64,000 nt of DNA. Origin: the human T2T-CHM13v2.0 reference genome, Homo sapiens. The notes beneath the pieces were generated by a model, which ran no database searches, was not told the origin of the DNA, and worked only from the letters and a program-made list of their open reading frames with translations. The stretch lies in NCBI RefSeq assembly GCF_009914755.1, contig NC_060930.1; one strand, written 5' to 3'. The position numbers and the translations under genes were made by a program. Shown here piece after piece: positions 1 through 12,645 of the stretch. Positions within the stretch are counted from its first letter, which is position 1. Each line of letters starts with the position of its first letter.

Positions 1-804
1 CAAGCATTGCAGCCCTGTGTGTAGACCATACTGCACTGTGATGTCCTGAGCCCGCACTCAAGAACCTCTTCTGATTCAAACCTGGAAACACGCTGCTTCC
101 CTACCTGACTGCCCGTCACTGATTTTCTTGTGTAAGTAGCTTTCAACTGCACTTGTGAGATAGAAAGAAACTAGAGATGATTTCTCCTCTGAAGACGGAA
201 CCCTCAGGATTGCTGACACGTCATTCTTACACACCATGTCAGCCCATATTTCCCACCCCTGCAAAGGACATTGCATATCATCTGCTATGTTAAAGTATCC
301 CCTTTTTCTATCACAGTACAAAGAAATCGCAAAGAAAAAATATATATAGATTAGGAAAGTCACAGGTACTCATCTCATGCAACTTATTTCATCTGGATGG
401 AAGTGAACTCTTTCAGAGTCTTCCTTTTCAAATCTATCAGTCTACCATCACAGTGCCAAAGAGCTCTAGGAAATTAAAAAGATATTAAACGTGGCTTTTG
501 TCCTCAAGGATCATACCCAGCTAAGAGAATAAAGCATATTTTCATAAAAAGTTACCTTCTCATAAATAGTACAAGCTAATATACCATGACTCAGAGAAAA
601 GAGAAGATGACCTTAGTCTAAAGTGACCAGGACAAGGACAAAGAGAATAGATGAGAGGGGGTCTGTGCCCTAAAAATCAGCTCAAATTGAACTGATAGAA
701 TGGAGGAGAGTGAGCATTCAGAGAACAACTGCAGAGTTAGGTAGCAGGGATCAGTGGGCATTTGACACACAGCATATGGCTGCTTGAGGTCAGAGGTTCA
801 TCAG

Positions 805-1740
805 TTCATTCATTAATTAACCTATTACTTCAATAAATGTATTGAATGTGTTTAATACAATAGATAACATGTTAATTGGGTACAAGAAACACAACTGTGA
901 ACCAAAACGAGGTAATTACTGCCCTCATGGAGCTGACATTTTAGGGGAAGAAACAGAAGCCAGACCACTTTGCTAATTAATAAATTATATCTTGTGTTAA
1001 GTAAGTGCTGGAAAGGAATGAAGCATGTTCTATAAAATTGGAGGGTGGCGGATGGGGGGACACTCCAAGAGGAGTGCTGGGAACAGCACACTGGGAAAGG
1101 GAACAGCAAATGTGAAGTCTCTGGGGAGCAAAGAACTCTCTGCACCTGGATAATGACAGTAGACTGGTGTGGCTTGCACCGAGGAGATTTTGTTTTCTTT
1201 CTTTCTCTCCGTTTCTCCCTTTCTCCCTTTCTCTCTTTCGTTTCTCTTGCTCTGTCACCCAGGCTGGAATCAGTGACACAATCATGGCTTGTTGCAGCCT
1301 GACCTCCTGGGCTCAAGTGAGCCTTCTGCCTCAGCCTCCTGAGTAACTGGGACTACAGCATGCACATGTTGCCCAGGCTGGTCTCATACTGCGGACTCAA
1401 AGGATCTTCCCTCCTTGGCCTCCCAAAATGCTGGGATTACAGGGGTTATCCAGGACACCCAATACCCTAGAGGAGGATTTGAGAAGCACAGAGTCCAGGG
1501 CAGCAGCAGGCACAGCCCTGCCCCCTGCCGGAACGGGACTCACACGTGTTTTTATTCTAAGAGTAGTTAGAACACTTTGGACTATTGTAAGTCAGAAAGT
1601 GACATAATAAATGCATACTTTAAAGAGATCATTCATGTTGATAAGTGAGGAATAGAATGGAGCGGCACAAATGGAAGTCAAGAAACCAGTCATGTGACTA
1701 GTGCCAAAATTTGGAGGACAGATGTGGACTTTTTGAGGTG
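805..1740 (-). mobile_element. L2 LINE 3' fragment, interrupted by an Alu
   Basis: ttcattcatt...aataaatgtattga...ctgccctcatggagctgacatt matches the reverse complement of the L2 3' end; L2-like sequence resumes after about 1530. Confidence 0.65.
1190..1460 (-). mobile_element. AluJ-type SINE with internal deletion of the A-rich linker
   Basis: ctcttgctctgtcacccaggctgg...cctcctgggctcaagtga...gggactacag...atgttgcccaggctggtctc...ctgggattacagg; decayed CT-rich tail. Confidence 0.85.
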
Positions 1741-3987
1741 GTTTCCAGAAAAAAGGCCATCATTTTGATGTTAGAAGTAATTCTTGACAACATTTCAGCA
1801 TAAGACAAACCCTTTTATTTTTCTCAAGTGATACATCTGACTGTATCTGTAGACACAGAGAAAGATCAAGTGGTGAGGGAAAATTTTCAGGTAAAAGAGA
1901 GACAACAGGAAAAACTAAGAGAGTAAGATCTTAAAGAAGACAGAGATGCCAACTGGAAGGGTCAGCCTTTGAAAGAGGATGCTTCCTGCTTTGAGAGGCT
2001 GGGAAAGGAAGACAGATATCGTCTGGCCAAGGAAAGAACATGTGAGTTTGTGGTACACCCAGGAACAAAGTTTCATGACTTTCGTGCTGCAGGACCTCTA
2101 TCCATTTTTTACCTGGCATCTCTGGCCTGTGACAAGGGGGAGGCACCTGTGTTGTCAGAGCATGCTAAAGGTCAACAGGCCAAGTCCATCCATAATTTGC
2201 AGAGGGTAATAAAATCAGATGCGGAGGATTGAAACGAGAAGGACTGTTAAGGAATAGTGATGAAATCACTTTCTGGAATCACAGAGGACAGCCAAGAGCT
2301 TGAGGACCTCTCTTCTCCATGTGTCTAAAAATGTGAATAGGAGACACCCTGTAGGAAGGAGTCTCCAAAGTGGGATAGCAGCATGGCCTGGCCGGGTTTG
2401 GATTGCAAGAGGAGCCCAGGCTACAAAGGGTAGACCTGAGATGCAAACAGAGCAGCTAACTCAAAGCCAGACTCTTTCCACAAGGAGACGGCGGGAAGAG
2501 TTCATGCCTTGGGCAGTCTTTGTAGTCAGCGGGCATAAGTGAATTCAGGGACTTGCAAATGGTGTTAGTTTCAGAGCTTATATGAGTAAAAGGAGAATTT
2601 AGCTACCAAAATTTGTGAAATGGACCAATCCTAAATTTCTTTGAAAAATCACTGTAATTGCCTCCATAAGCTCTGACCAAGGTCACAGTTGGGTTACTCT
2701 GGCAAGGTAGAAAATAAGACAAAGCAACTAGGGGTTCCCAGAACCATGCTCCCAGCGCAAGCTCTGTCTTCACCCACACTCAGGTTCTTCTGAGTTCTCT
2801 CTCACCTCAGTTCTCTAAGCCCTCTTCCCTTACATTTCTATCCCCAACTTTACTATTCCCTAAGAAACGAGAGCTGGTGCACCCCCTCTGGAGAGAAGCC
2901 AGATCCCAGAGCCCTCCCTGCTGGACGGCTGCAGTAGAAAAATAGCACAACTATGACTCCGTTACATTTCGTTGACCTGAAAACACAGTGATCTGGGGGA
3001 GAAGGACTTTTACTGAGGCCTTAGCTGATCGGCACTCTCAGTAACGGGGCAATAAATGGGTTCCATTAAGATTTTTGAGCCAAAACAAAACCTTGCTGGG
3101 ATAGTCTGGGCTTGACATTAAGGAAATCTCAGCTCAGAGGCGCAATGCAGCAAGTGGAAGGTCTCCTCACATCCTCCCGGCGAGGGATTTCAGGGTCAGA
3201 GTCCCATTTCAGCCTAGTGTACGCTTTGTTTAAATCTTTTGCAGTCTCTTTTGAGCTTAGTCATTCTTATAATATTGCTATTTTTTCTTCATTCAATCTA
3301 AAATTGTGGCTCCTCTGAAATGTTACAAGAAAGCTCCAAATCAGAATGCTACACAGGCAGTGTGGTGGTTTTGGCGGTATGTGGCTCTATTAAGTAGAGT
3401 CAATTTAGTACTGGATATAGGAAAAGACTAAATTAGAATCGTGGTTGGCAGAAATAGTCTCCCATCTGGCAGTGTAATTACATACTACCTTGACCTGAAC
3501 AGTCCTTGCTGTTCCAAGTACCAAGATTCCTTTGGAGAGGGGAAGAAAGAAAAATAGATCAAAGTTTCGAAAGTATATTATTTAGAATACATTCTATATC
3601 TTTTTGAGAAATAAGCTGCATATGTCTTTTTCTAATATGGTCCTCTCTTTTATAATTAAATGAAATTTCCAGTCACTTAATGAATGTGACCACTTTATGG
3701 CCGGGATAAACAGATGAGATCTGTGTGCTCATTTTCACCCATGACATCAGACACTATTTCAACTAGGACACTGATTCATACCCTCTTTGGCGTCCTCATT
3801 CCTGAGGGTTTTTTTTCTTTTTTAAAGGGTCAGTCTTAGTTGCTGCTGACATGCGGCATTTTCAAAGACTCAAAGTGGTCTTTATTACAACCCTTGACTT
3901 CACCTTCTATGCCAACAGGAAATTTTATACAGCTGTAACCTCCTCATTAGAACAGTGCCAGGAAGTGGTTCTGGCGTGATTTGATGT

Positions 3988-4002
3988 TGCCACCTACTGG
4001 CA
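3988..4002 (-). promoter_or_regulatory. Candidate CTCF binding site
   Basis: Minus strand reads TGCCAGTAGGTGGCA, matching the CTCF core CCASYAGRKGGCR at all positions, in non-repeat DNA. Confidence 0.6.
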
Positions 4003-6326
4003 AAATCAGTCCTGTTCGCCTTCTTGCTTTATTTATTTATTTGTTTGTTTCTGTTCTAACACTCAGCATTTCCTCTAAATCCATAAAGATTTAGATTTTC
4101 TCTATCTACTTTAAAACTACAACAAGCTGGACTTATAATCCAAAAACATCACCATTTGAATCTCTGCAAACCAAAATCTTGCCACTTCGGGGTGAAATCA
4201 TCAAGGCCAGGCGCGAACCTCATTTTTACTGTCAAATGCAGGATTGTCACATCTATTTGCAGTGCTCCCAGGCCCTGCCCCACATATCCCCCGATCCAGA
4301 TTGACAGCCAGGGCCTCCCCTCTTTCATCTCAGTCTCCAGACTATCCCAGCCATAACCAGACCCTGAACGAAGCCTTGTCATTCACCTCAAAGGGCTACT
4401 GCGCTCACAGGCAATCAAATCATTGGATTGCTTTTAAAAAGAAAATGACACTGATCGTCAAGTGCCTTATGTACATCTCATTGGAACTGCAAGCTCAAAT
4501 TAGGCTGTCAGAATTTCACTCTTCTCAGTGCCTGTGTGTCAAGTGACGCAATTAGCTCTGGAGAATAAAGAAGAGGCTTGTCAGCGCGCTCGGAGCCTCT
4601 CTTCTCAGTCCTGTCCCTTCACACGGTGCCTGACTTAATTCAAGTTCTTTTCATGCTTGAAGGTGTGTGTGGTGTGTGTGTGTGTTACCCTTCAAACTTC
4701 AAAATGATCACACCACCGGGAAGAGTCGGGGTAAAATTGGTGTATTTCTTATAAGGACCCAAATGCTTTTTTTTTTCACTTCCCTTCTGCAAATGAGAAT
4801 TTATCAAAGGCTGAGTCTCAGTCCTTTGTGAGTAAAACAAAGAATGCTGAAAAACAGTTGTCAAATTCATGTTGAAACGGGAAGGGTCAAAGCTTCAGTA
4901 ATAGTGACCCAGCACGACTAAATACCTACCCAACCTGATGGCTTCAGGATGACCGAGAGCAAGCTCTTCTCAGACGGCAGCAAAGCAGACACATGTCTAT
5001 TTAATGCTGAATGAGAATGAGGGTCCCCTTGGCGCCATGTCCTGCCTTCGACAGAAGTGAGTGTGACATCTGATGCTTTAGAGAACAGTTAGACACACAC
5101 TAGTCCACACTGAGCGCCTGGAACAGACCTAACCCAATGGAGATGGGGTGTGTTTTGGAAAAAACAAAGTACATCCACTCCTGCCATGAAAATTGGGATT
5201 GTTTCTGATTCTAATCCCAAGGACTGCTAGCAAAACTCTTCCAGCATTAGAGAAACGTGCACCACAGACAGGGCAGCAGACACAGGGCACAGGAAAGGGG
5301 CCCACTGTTTCCCAGCCAGGGGCTGCAGCTGGGGCAGGGAGCTTTGGGGTGAGACTCAGATTCTGACCTCCCCACCCCAGTACATCCTTCCTTGTGAGTC
5401 TAGGGCACCAGAGAGGCCCTCAAACCAGCCCAGCCTGCACCTGCTCAGAGGGGCCACCATGGAGAAGCCTTGGGTGGGGACTGATGGTAGAGGCAAAGAA
5501 ATCTTATATTCTGAATAAAGAATTTGAATTTAAACTCAGCAAGAATAACTTAATCTGATTGTTTATTTTTTAGTTTGTAACATAAACGTTGAATAAATTT
5601 GTCCATTTCACCCAGATTTCTGGAAGCCAGCACTGTGGAAGGAGCTCCTGTGGGCTTCGATTGCTCCCTGGATCTGCCTCCCATGGACCTGCCCAGCCGA
5701 AGGGGTCACAGACTCCCCTCGCCACCATTTCACCCTGACCCTACAGGCAGCCACAGAAAGGTACCCAGGCAGGCTTCTCAGGGTTGGCGTGGGCATCTGC
5801 AGGGAGAGCAAGGCAGCAGGTGATTCAAAGCCACAGGGACACACAGCCCTGCAGGCAGTGCCAGCCACAAGAGGGATGGAAGAGTGGCCAGGGACAGAGA
5901 GATGCCACCCACAGGTCTGTCCCAGGGCTCCTCAGAGAACACTCAGACTCCCCAGCGGGCAGTCTCAATGGGTGGTCCATGAGTGGCAGGTGTATTGCAG
6001 TGAACCGGCCCCCGGTGGGACACCTTCCTGCCTCTGCTTCCCTCCTGGCCAGGACAGAGTGTGATGCCAACACTCTTTAGTCACTATTGCCCCATTCAGG
6101 TAGCAGATGCTTCCTAATGGGCTCATGGGGCTGTGGCCCAGTGGGACCAAAATCTAAGCAACGTATTTAGCTCCAGAGAGAAACACCGCCAGCATCCCTC
6201 TGCTCAGTCTACCCTCTGCGGTCATCACTAGGCCCCAGTGTGGCAGAGAAAGGACTTCACCCCACATGGCCAGCCTTGCTTAAATGCCTTGAGAAAATAA
6301 ACCCTGAAATTAGTTGTGCATATTGG

Positions 6327-6327
<1 letters not shown>

Positions 6328-6366
<39 letters not shown>
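6328..6366. repeat. Pure poly(T)39 mononucleotide tract
   Basis: 39 uninterrupted T counted directly. Confidence 0.97.
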
Positions 6367-6699
6367 CAGAACCATGAGAGTCTCAGGTACAAACAGAAAG
6401 GAGCAAAGATTTCAGAATTCCTGACTTGGTTCTGGGAACAATGTAATCCATGCAGTTATCCAGGACACAAGGGCCACTGGCTATGAGCAGCCTGTGCTCA
6501 GGGAAACCAAGCAAGATAAACTCAGTGCACAGACACGGAGCAGGCCATGCATAAGACAGAACAGACCACGGGTCTCACCCTATGAAACCAAGGCACTCTA
6601 GGATGATAAAATGGGGCATTACCCCATAAAATCTCTAAGTCATTATTTTCCATTTGGGGGTAGGTAGCCAATATTCTCTAGTATATTTCCGTTTTTACT

Positions 6700-7485
6700 T
6701 TTTTTATTTTTTATTTGTACCTTTTAACAGCTTTGTTGAGGTATATTTAACATACAGAATACTGCATCTTTTTAAAGTGTACACTTCGATAATTTTGACA
6801 AGTTTTTATACTGCCATGTACAAGGTTTCCTCCTGCCTCTTTGAAATTCTTCCTTCCCGTCACTTCCACTTCATCCCGTCCCAAGCCAAGTGCAAATCTG
6901 CTTTCAATCATTACAGAGAAGTTTGCATTTTCTAGAATTTGATATCAATGAAAGCAAGCAGCATATATACCTTTTTTGTTCAGCTTCTTTCACTCTGCGT
7001 AGTTAAGATTAATCCATTCTGTGGCATGCATCACTAGTTTATTCCTTTTTATTGCTGTGTAGTATTCCATTACATGGATATATCACGTTTTGTTTATATA
7101 CTCATGTATTAATGGATATTTGGCTTATTTTCCCAGTTTGGGATGACTGCAAATAAAGCTGCTGTGGCCATTTGTGTATAATCTTTGTATGGATGTGTGC
7201 CTCTGGTTCTCTTGAGTAAATACCTAGGAATAGAGTTTCTGGCTCATATGGAAAGTATATGTTACAGTTTTTGAGGAACTGCCAAACTCTTTACCAACGT
7301 GACTGTGCCATTTTACAGTCACACCAGCAGGATGTGTGTGTTCAGGTCTCCACAGCCTGATCAAGGTTGGCACAGCCATTCCTTTTCATGTTACACTTTC
7401 TAATAGTGTGTTTTACTGTGGTTTTAATCTGTATTTTCCCAAAGTCTAGCAGTGTTGAACATCTTTTCATGTGTTTATTTGCCAC
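6700..7485 (-). mobile_element. Old L1 (L1MB-like) 3' fragment
   Basis: ttttaacagctttgttgaggtata...aaagtgtaca...gtagtattccatt...gagtaaatacctagga...gaggaactgccaaac, the typical reverse-complement L1M 3' end. Confidence 0.8.
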
Positions 7486-7583
7486 GGTTTCATTGATTTT
7501 TCTCAGTGATCCATGTCATAATCACACATAAGTAACACTTTTAGTTTTGCTATCACAGTTTGTCATTTATTTGCATATTCATC

Positions 7584-10007
7584 TGATACAGTTTGGCTGT
7601 GTTCCCACCCAAATCTCATCTTGAATTCTCACATGTTGTGGGAGGGACCCGGTGAGAGATAACTGAATCATGGGGGACAGGTCTTTTCTGTGCTGTTCTC
7701 ACAATAGTGAATAAATTTCATGAGATCTGATAGTTTTAAAAAGAGGAGTTTCCCTGCACAAGTTCTCTTTCTCTTTGCCTACTGCCATCCATGTAAAATG
7801 TGACTTGCTCCTGTTTGCCTTCTGCCATGATTGTGAGGCCTCCCCAGCCATGTGGAACTCTAAGTCCGTTAAACCCTTTCCCCTGTATAAATTACCTGGT
7901 CTCAGGTATATCTGTATCAGCAGTGTGAAAATGGACTAATACAGTAAATTTGTACCAGTAGAGTGGGGCACTGCTAAAAACATACCCCAAAATGTGGAAG
8001 TGACTTTGGAACTGTGTAACAGACAGAGGTGACAACAGTTTGGAGAGCTTAGAAAACAGAAAAATGTGGAAAAGTTTGGAACAGCCTAGAGACTTGTTGA
8101 ATGGCTCTGACAAAATGCTGATAATGATTTGGACAATGAAATCCAAGCTGAGGTGGTCTCAGATGGAAATGAGTAACTTTTTGGGAACTGGAGCTAAGTT
8201 GACTCTTCTTATATTTTAGCAAAGAGACTGGTGGCCTTTTACCCCTGGCCTAGGGATTTGTGAAACTTTGTACTTGAGAGAGATGATTTAGGGTATCTGG
8301 CAGAAGAAATTTCTAAGCAGCAAAGAATTCAAGAGGTGACTTGGGTGCTGTTAAAGGCATTCAGTTTTATAAGGGAAGCAGAACATAAAAGTTTGGAAAA
8401 TGTGCAGCCTGACAATGTGATAGAAAAAAAAATCCCATTTTCTAAGAAGAAATTTAAGCCAGCTGAAGAAATTTGCATAAATAACAAGGAGCTGAATTTT
8501 AATCCCCAAGACAATGGAGAAAATGTCTCCAGGGCATGTTACAGCAGCTCCTTCCATCACAGGCCCAGAGGCCTAGGAGGAAACAATGGTTTCATGGGCT
8601 GGGCACAGGGTCCCTCTCCTGTGTGCAGTCTAGCGACTTGGTATCCTGCATTCCAGCCCCCTCAGCCATGGCTAAAAGAGGCCAAGGTACAGCTCAGACT
8701 TTTGCTTCAGAGGTGGAAGCCCCAAGCCTTGGCAGCTTCCATGTGGTGTTGAGCCTGCAGGTGCACAGAAGTCAAGAATTGAGGTTTGGGAACTTCCACC
8801 TAGATTTCACAGGATCTATGGAATGCCCGGATGCCCAGGCAGAAGTTTGCTGAAGGGGTGGGGTGCTCATGGAGAACCTCTATTAGGGCAGTGCAGAAGG
8901 GAAATGTGGGATTGGAGTCCCCACACAGTGCCCCTACTGGGGCACTGCCTAGTAGAGCTGTGAAAAGAGGGCCACCATCTACCAGACCCCAGAATGGTAG
9001 ATCCACTGACAGCTTGCACTGTGCATCTGGAAAAGCTGCAGACAATGCCAGCCCATGAAAGCAGCCAGGAGAGGAGCTGTACCCTGCAAAGTCACAGGGT
9101 GGAGCTTCCCCAAACCACGGGAAACCACCTCTTGCATCAGTGTGACCCGGATGTGAGACATGGAGTCAAAGGAGATCATTTTGGAGCTTTAAGATTTGAG
9201 TGCCCCACTGGATTTCAGACTTGCATGGGGCCTGTAACCTCTTTGTTTTGGCCAATTTCTCCCATTTGGAATGGCTGTATTTACCCAATATCTGTGCCCC
9301 CATTGTATCTAGGAAGTAACTAACTTGCTTTCGATTTCACAGGTTTATAGGCAGAAGGGACTTGCCTTGTCTCAGATGAGACTTTGGATTGTGGATTTGT
9401 GTGTTAATGCTGAAATGAGTTAAGACTTTGGGGGACTGTTGGGAAGGAATGATTGGTTTTGAAATATGAGGACATGAGATTTGGGAGGGGCAAAGGGAGG
9501 AATGATATGGTTTGGCTGTGTCCCCACCCAAATCTCATCTTGAGTTCTCATGTGTTGTGTGAGGGACCCAGTGAGAGATAATTAAATCATGGGGACAAGT
9601 CTTTCCTGTGCTGTTTTCATAATAGTGTATAAGTCTCACGAGATCTGATGATTATATAAGGGGGAGTTTCCCTGCCCAAGTTATCTTCTCTTGTCTGCTG
9701 CCATATGAGATGTGCCTTTCACCTTCGGTCATGATTGTGAGGTCTCCCCAGCCACGCGGAACTGGCTCAGATGGAAATGAGTAACTTTTTGGGAACTGGA
9801 GCTAAGTTGACTCTTGTTATGTTTCAGCAAAGAGGCTGGTGGCATTTTGCCCCTGGCCTAGGGATTTGTGAAACTTTGAACTTGAGAGAGATGATTTAGG
9901 GTATCTGGGGAACTCCCCAGCCACGTAAGTCCAATAATCCTCTTTCTTTTGTATATTGCCCAGTCTTGGGTATGTCTTTATCAGCAGCATGAAAATGGAC
10001 CAATACA
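7584..10007 (+). mobile_element. Full-length THE1 (ERVL-MaLR) element: LTR 7584-7943, internal 7944-9502, LTR 9503-10007
   Basis: Both LTRs start tgata..gtttggctgtgt.cccacccaaatctcatcttga and end gaaaatggac.aataca; internal begins gtaaatt.gtaccagtagagtggggc and ends in a polypurine tract ggaggggcaaagggaggaa. Confidence 0.95.
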
Positions 10008-10370
10008 TGCCCAAAGTATGATTTTCTCCCAATCTCAATTATTTATGCATGGAACACATGGCAAATTATTAATAATAAATCAATTGTAAGACAACCCTTC
10101 TGGGTAAAAATTAACCAAAACAAATTTTTAGAGTTCTATATCCAAATCCATTTGAGAGAAAAACTTTCCACACATCAATTAATTTGTCAGCAAAAAAGAA
10201 GTGCTTTCATTTGAGAAATCTATTTTTTATAAAAGTCAGTTTAATTTGATAACACTTACTTTAAAATTATTTGGGAGAAAAGTTGAGCAACTTCTATACT
10301 GCACCTTACTTTAAAACTTACTTTCATAAATATAATCTCAAAGTTGTTAAAAAGTGTTTAATATAAATTT

Positions 10371-12294
10371 TATTTATTTTTATTTTATTTTAGATTCAGG
10401 GGGTACATGTGCAGGTTTGTTACATGGATGTATTGTACAGTAGTGAGGTTTGGGCTTCAAGGGAACCCATCATCCAAATAGTGACCATTGTATCCAATAG
10501 ATAATATTTCGATCCTCACTTCCCCCCAACTTTTTCCCCTTTTGGAGTCTCCACTGTCTGTGATCTCTTCTGTATGTCTATGTGTACCCATTGTTTAGTT
10601 AACACTTATGAGAACGTGTGGTATTTGGTTTTCTGTTTCTGAGTTATTTCACTTAAGATAATGGCCTCTAGCTCCATCCATGCTGCACAAAGGACATGAT
10701 TTTATATTTTTATGGATAAATAGTATTCAATGGTGTACATACACCATATTTTCTTTATGGACACTTATGTTGATTCCATTGATGGAACTATTGATGGACA
10801 CTTATGTTGAGTTCATGACTTTCCTATTGTGAATAGTGCTGCAGTTAGCATACAACTGCAGGTGTCTTTGATATAACAATTTTTTTCCTTTGGGTAGATA
10901 CCCAGTAGTGGAATTGGTGGATCAAATGGTGGTTCTATTTTTAGTTCTTTGAGAAATCTCCATACTGTTTTCCATATTGTTTTTCAATCCATAAGAGATG
11001 TACTAATTTACATTCTCATCAACACTGTGTAAACATTCCTTTTTCTACACATGCTCACCAGCTTCTGTTATTTTTTGACTTTTTAATAATAGCCATTCTA
11101 ACTTTGGTAAGATGGCATCTTACTGTGGTTTTAATTTGCATTTCCCTGATGATTAGCAATGTTAAGTATTTTTTCATATGTTTGTTGGCCACTTGTATAT
11201 CTTCTTTTGAGAAATTTCTGTTTGTGTTCTTTATCCACTCTTTAACAGGGTTACTTATTTTTTTTCTTATTAATTCAAGTTCCTTATGGATTCTGGATAT
11301 TAGTCCTTTGTGGAATACATAGTTTGCAAATATTTTTCTCCCATTCTGTAGGCTGTCTGTTTACTCTGTGGATTGTTTCTTGTGCTGTGCAGAAGCTCTT
11401 TAATTTAATGAAGTGCCGTTCATCTATTTTTGTTTTGTTGAATTTGCTTTTGAGGTCTTAGTCATAATTATTTGTCTAGGTTGATGTCCAGAAGAGGTTT
11501 TCCTAACTTTTATTCTAAGATTTTTATAGCTTCAGGTCTACATTTAAGTCTTTAATCCATTTTGATTTAATTTTTGTATATAGTGAGAGACAGAGGTCCA
11601 GTTTTATTCTTCTGTTAGCCAGTTATCCCAGTACCATTTATTGACTAGGGAGTCTTTTCCACATTGCTTATTTTTGCTGACTTTGTCAAAGATCAGTTGG
11701 TGGTAGGTACGTTGCTTTATTTCTGGGTTCTCTGTTCTGTTTCATTGATCTATGAGTCCATTTTTGTACCAGTACCATTCTCTTTTGATTACTGTAGCCT
11801 TGTAGTATACTTTGAAGCCAAGTAATGTGATGCCTTTAGCTTTGTTCTTTTTGCTTATGATTGCTTTGGCTATTCGGGCTCTTTTTTGGTTCCATATTAA
11901 TTTTCCAATTGTTTTTTCTAATTCTGTGAAAAATTACATTGGTAATCTAATAGGAATTGCATTGAATCTGTAGATTGTTTAGGGCAGTATGGTCATTTTA
12001 ACAACATTAATTCTTGCAATCCATGAGCATGTGATGTTTTTCCATTTGTTTGTGTCATCTTTGATTTTTTTTAGATCAGTGTTTTGTAGTTCTCCTTGGT
12101 TAAATGCATTCCTAGGTATTTGTGTACGTGTGTGGCTATCATAAAGGGATAGAATCCTTGATTTGGTTCTCAGCTTGAACAAGATTGAACATTGTTGATG
12201 TATAAAACTGCAACTGACTTTTGTACATTAATTTTACACCCTGAAACTTTACTGAAGTCATTTATCAAGTCTAGGAGTCTCTTGGAGGAATCTC
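10371..12294 (-). mobile_element. 5'-truncated L1PB (L1PB3/4-like)
   Basis: tagattcagggggtacatgtgcaggtttgttacatgg 3' end; ORF2 remnant [26 protein letters not shown]; degenerate TSD taatataaattt / taatacagattt. Confidence 0.9.
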
Positions 12295-12374
12295 TAATAC
12301 AGATTTTTTCAAAATACTTTTCTGCCAATATTTTTGCTTTATCTCACCAAAGTTAGCATTTTTACAGTGTTTAA

Positions 12375-12645
<271 letters not shown>

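Noticed and set aside
852-1316. 154-aa ORF and other Alu-overlapping ORFs (12375, 20949, 23631, 40335, 48126, 49052)
   Set aside because: They are translations of Alu, L2 or low-complexity sequence.
5599-6150. Overlapping ORFs in a GC-richer unique block
   Set aside because: They are open in several frames on both strands as expected from GC content, with no recognisable protein or convincing exon chain.
6328-6700. Poly-T as the tail of a processed pseudogene
   Set aside because: There is no AATAAA at the expected distance on the minus strand, no TSD and no recognisable mRNA body.
8336-9323. Cluster of 70-140-aa ORFs, also seen at 30283-30811
   Set aside because: These are fragments of the decayed MaLR internal region in THE1 and MSTA.
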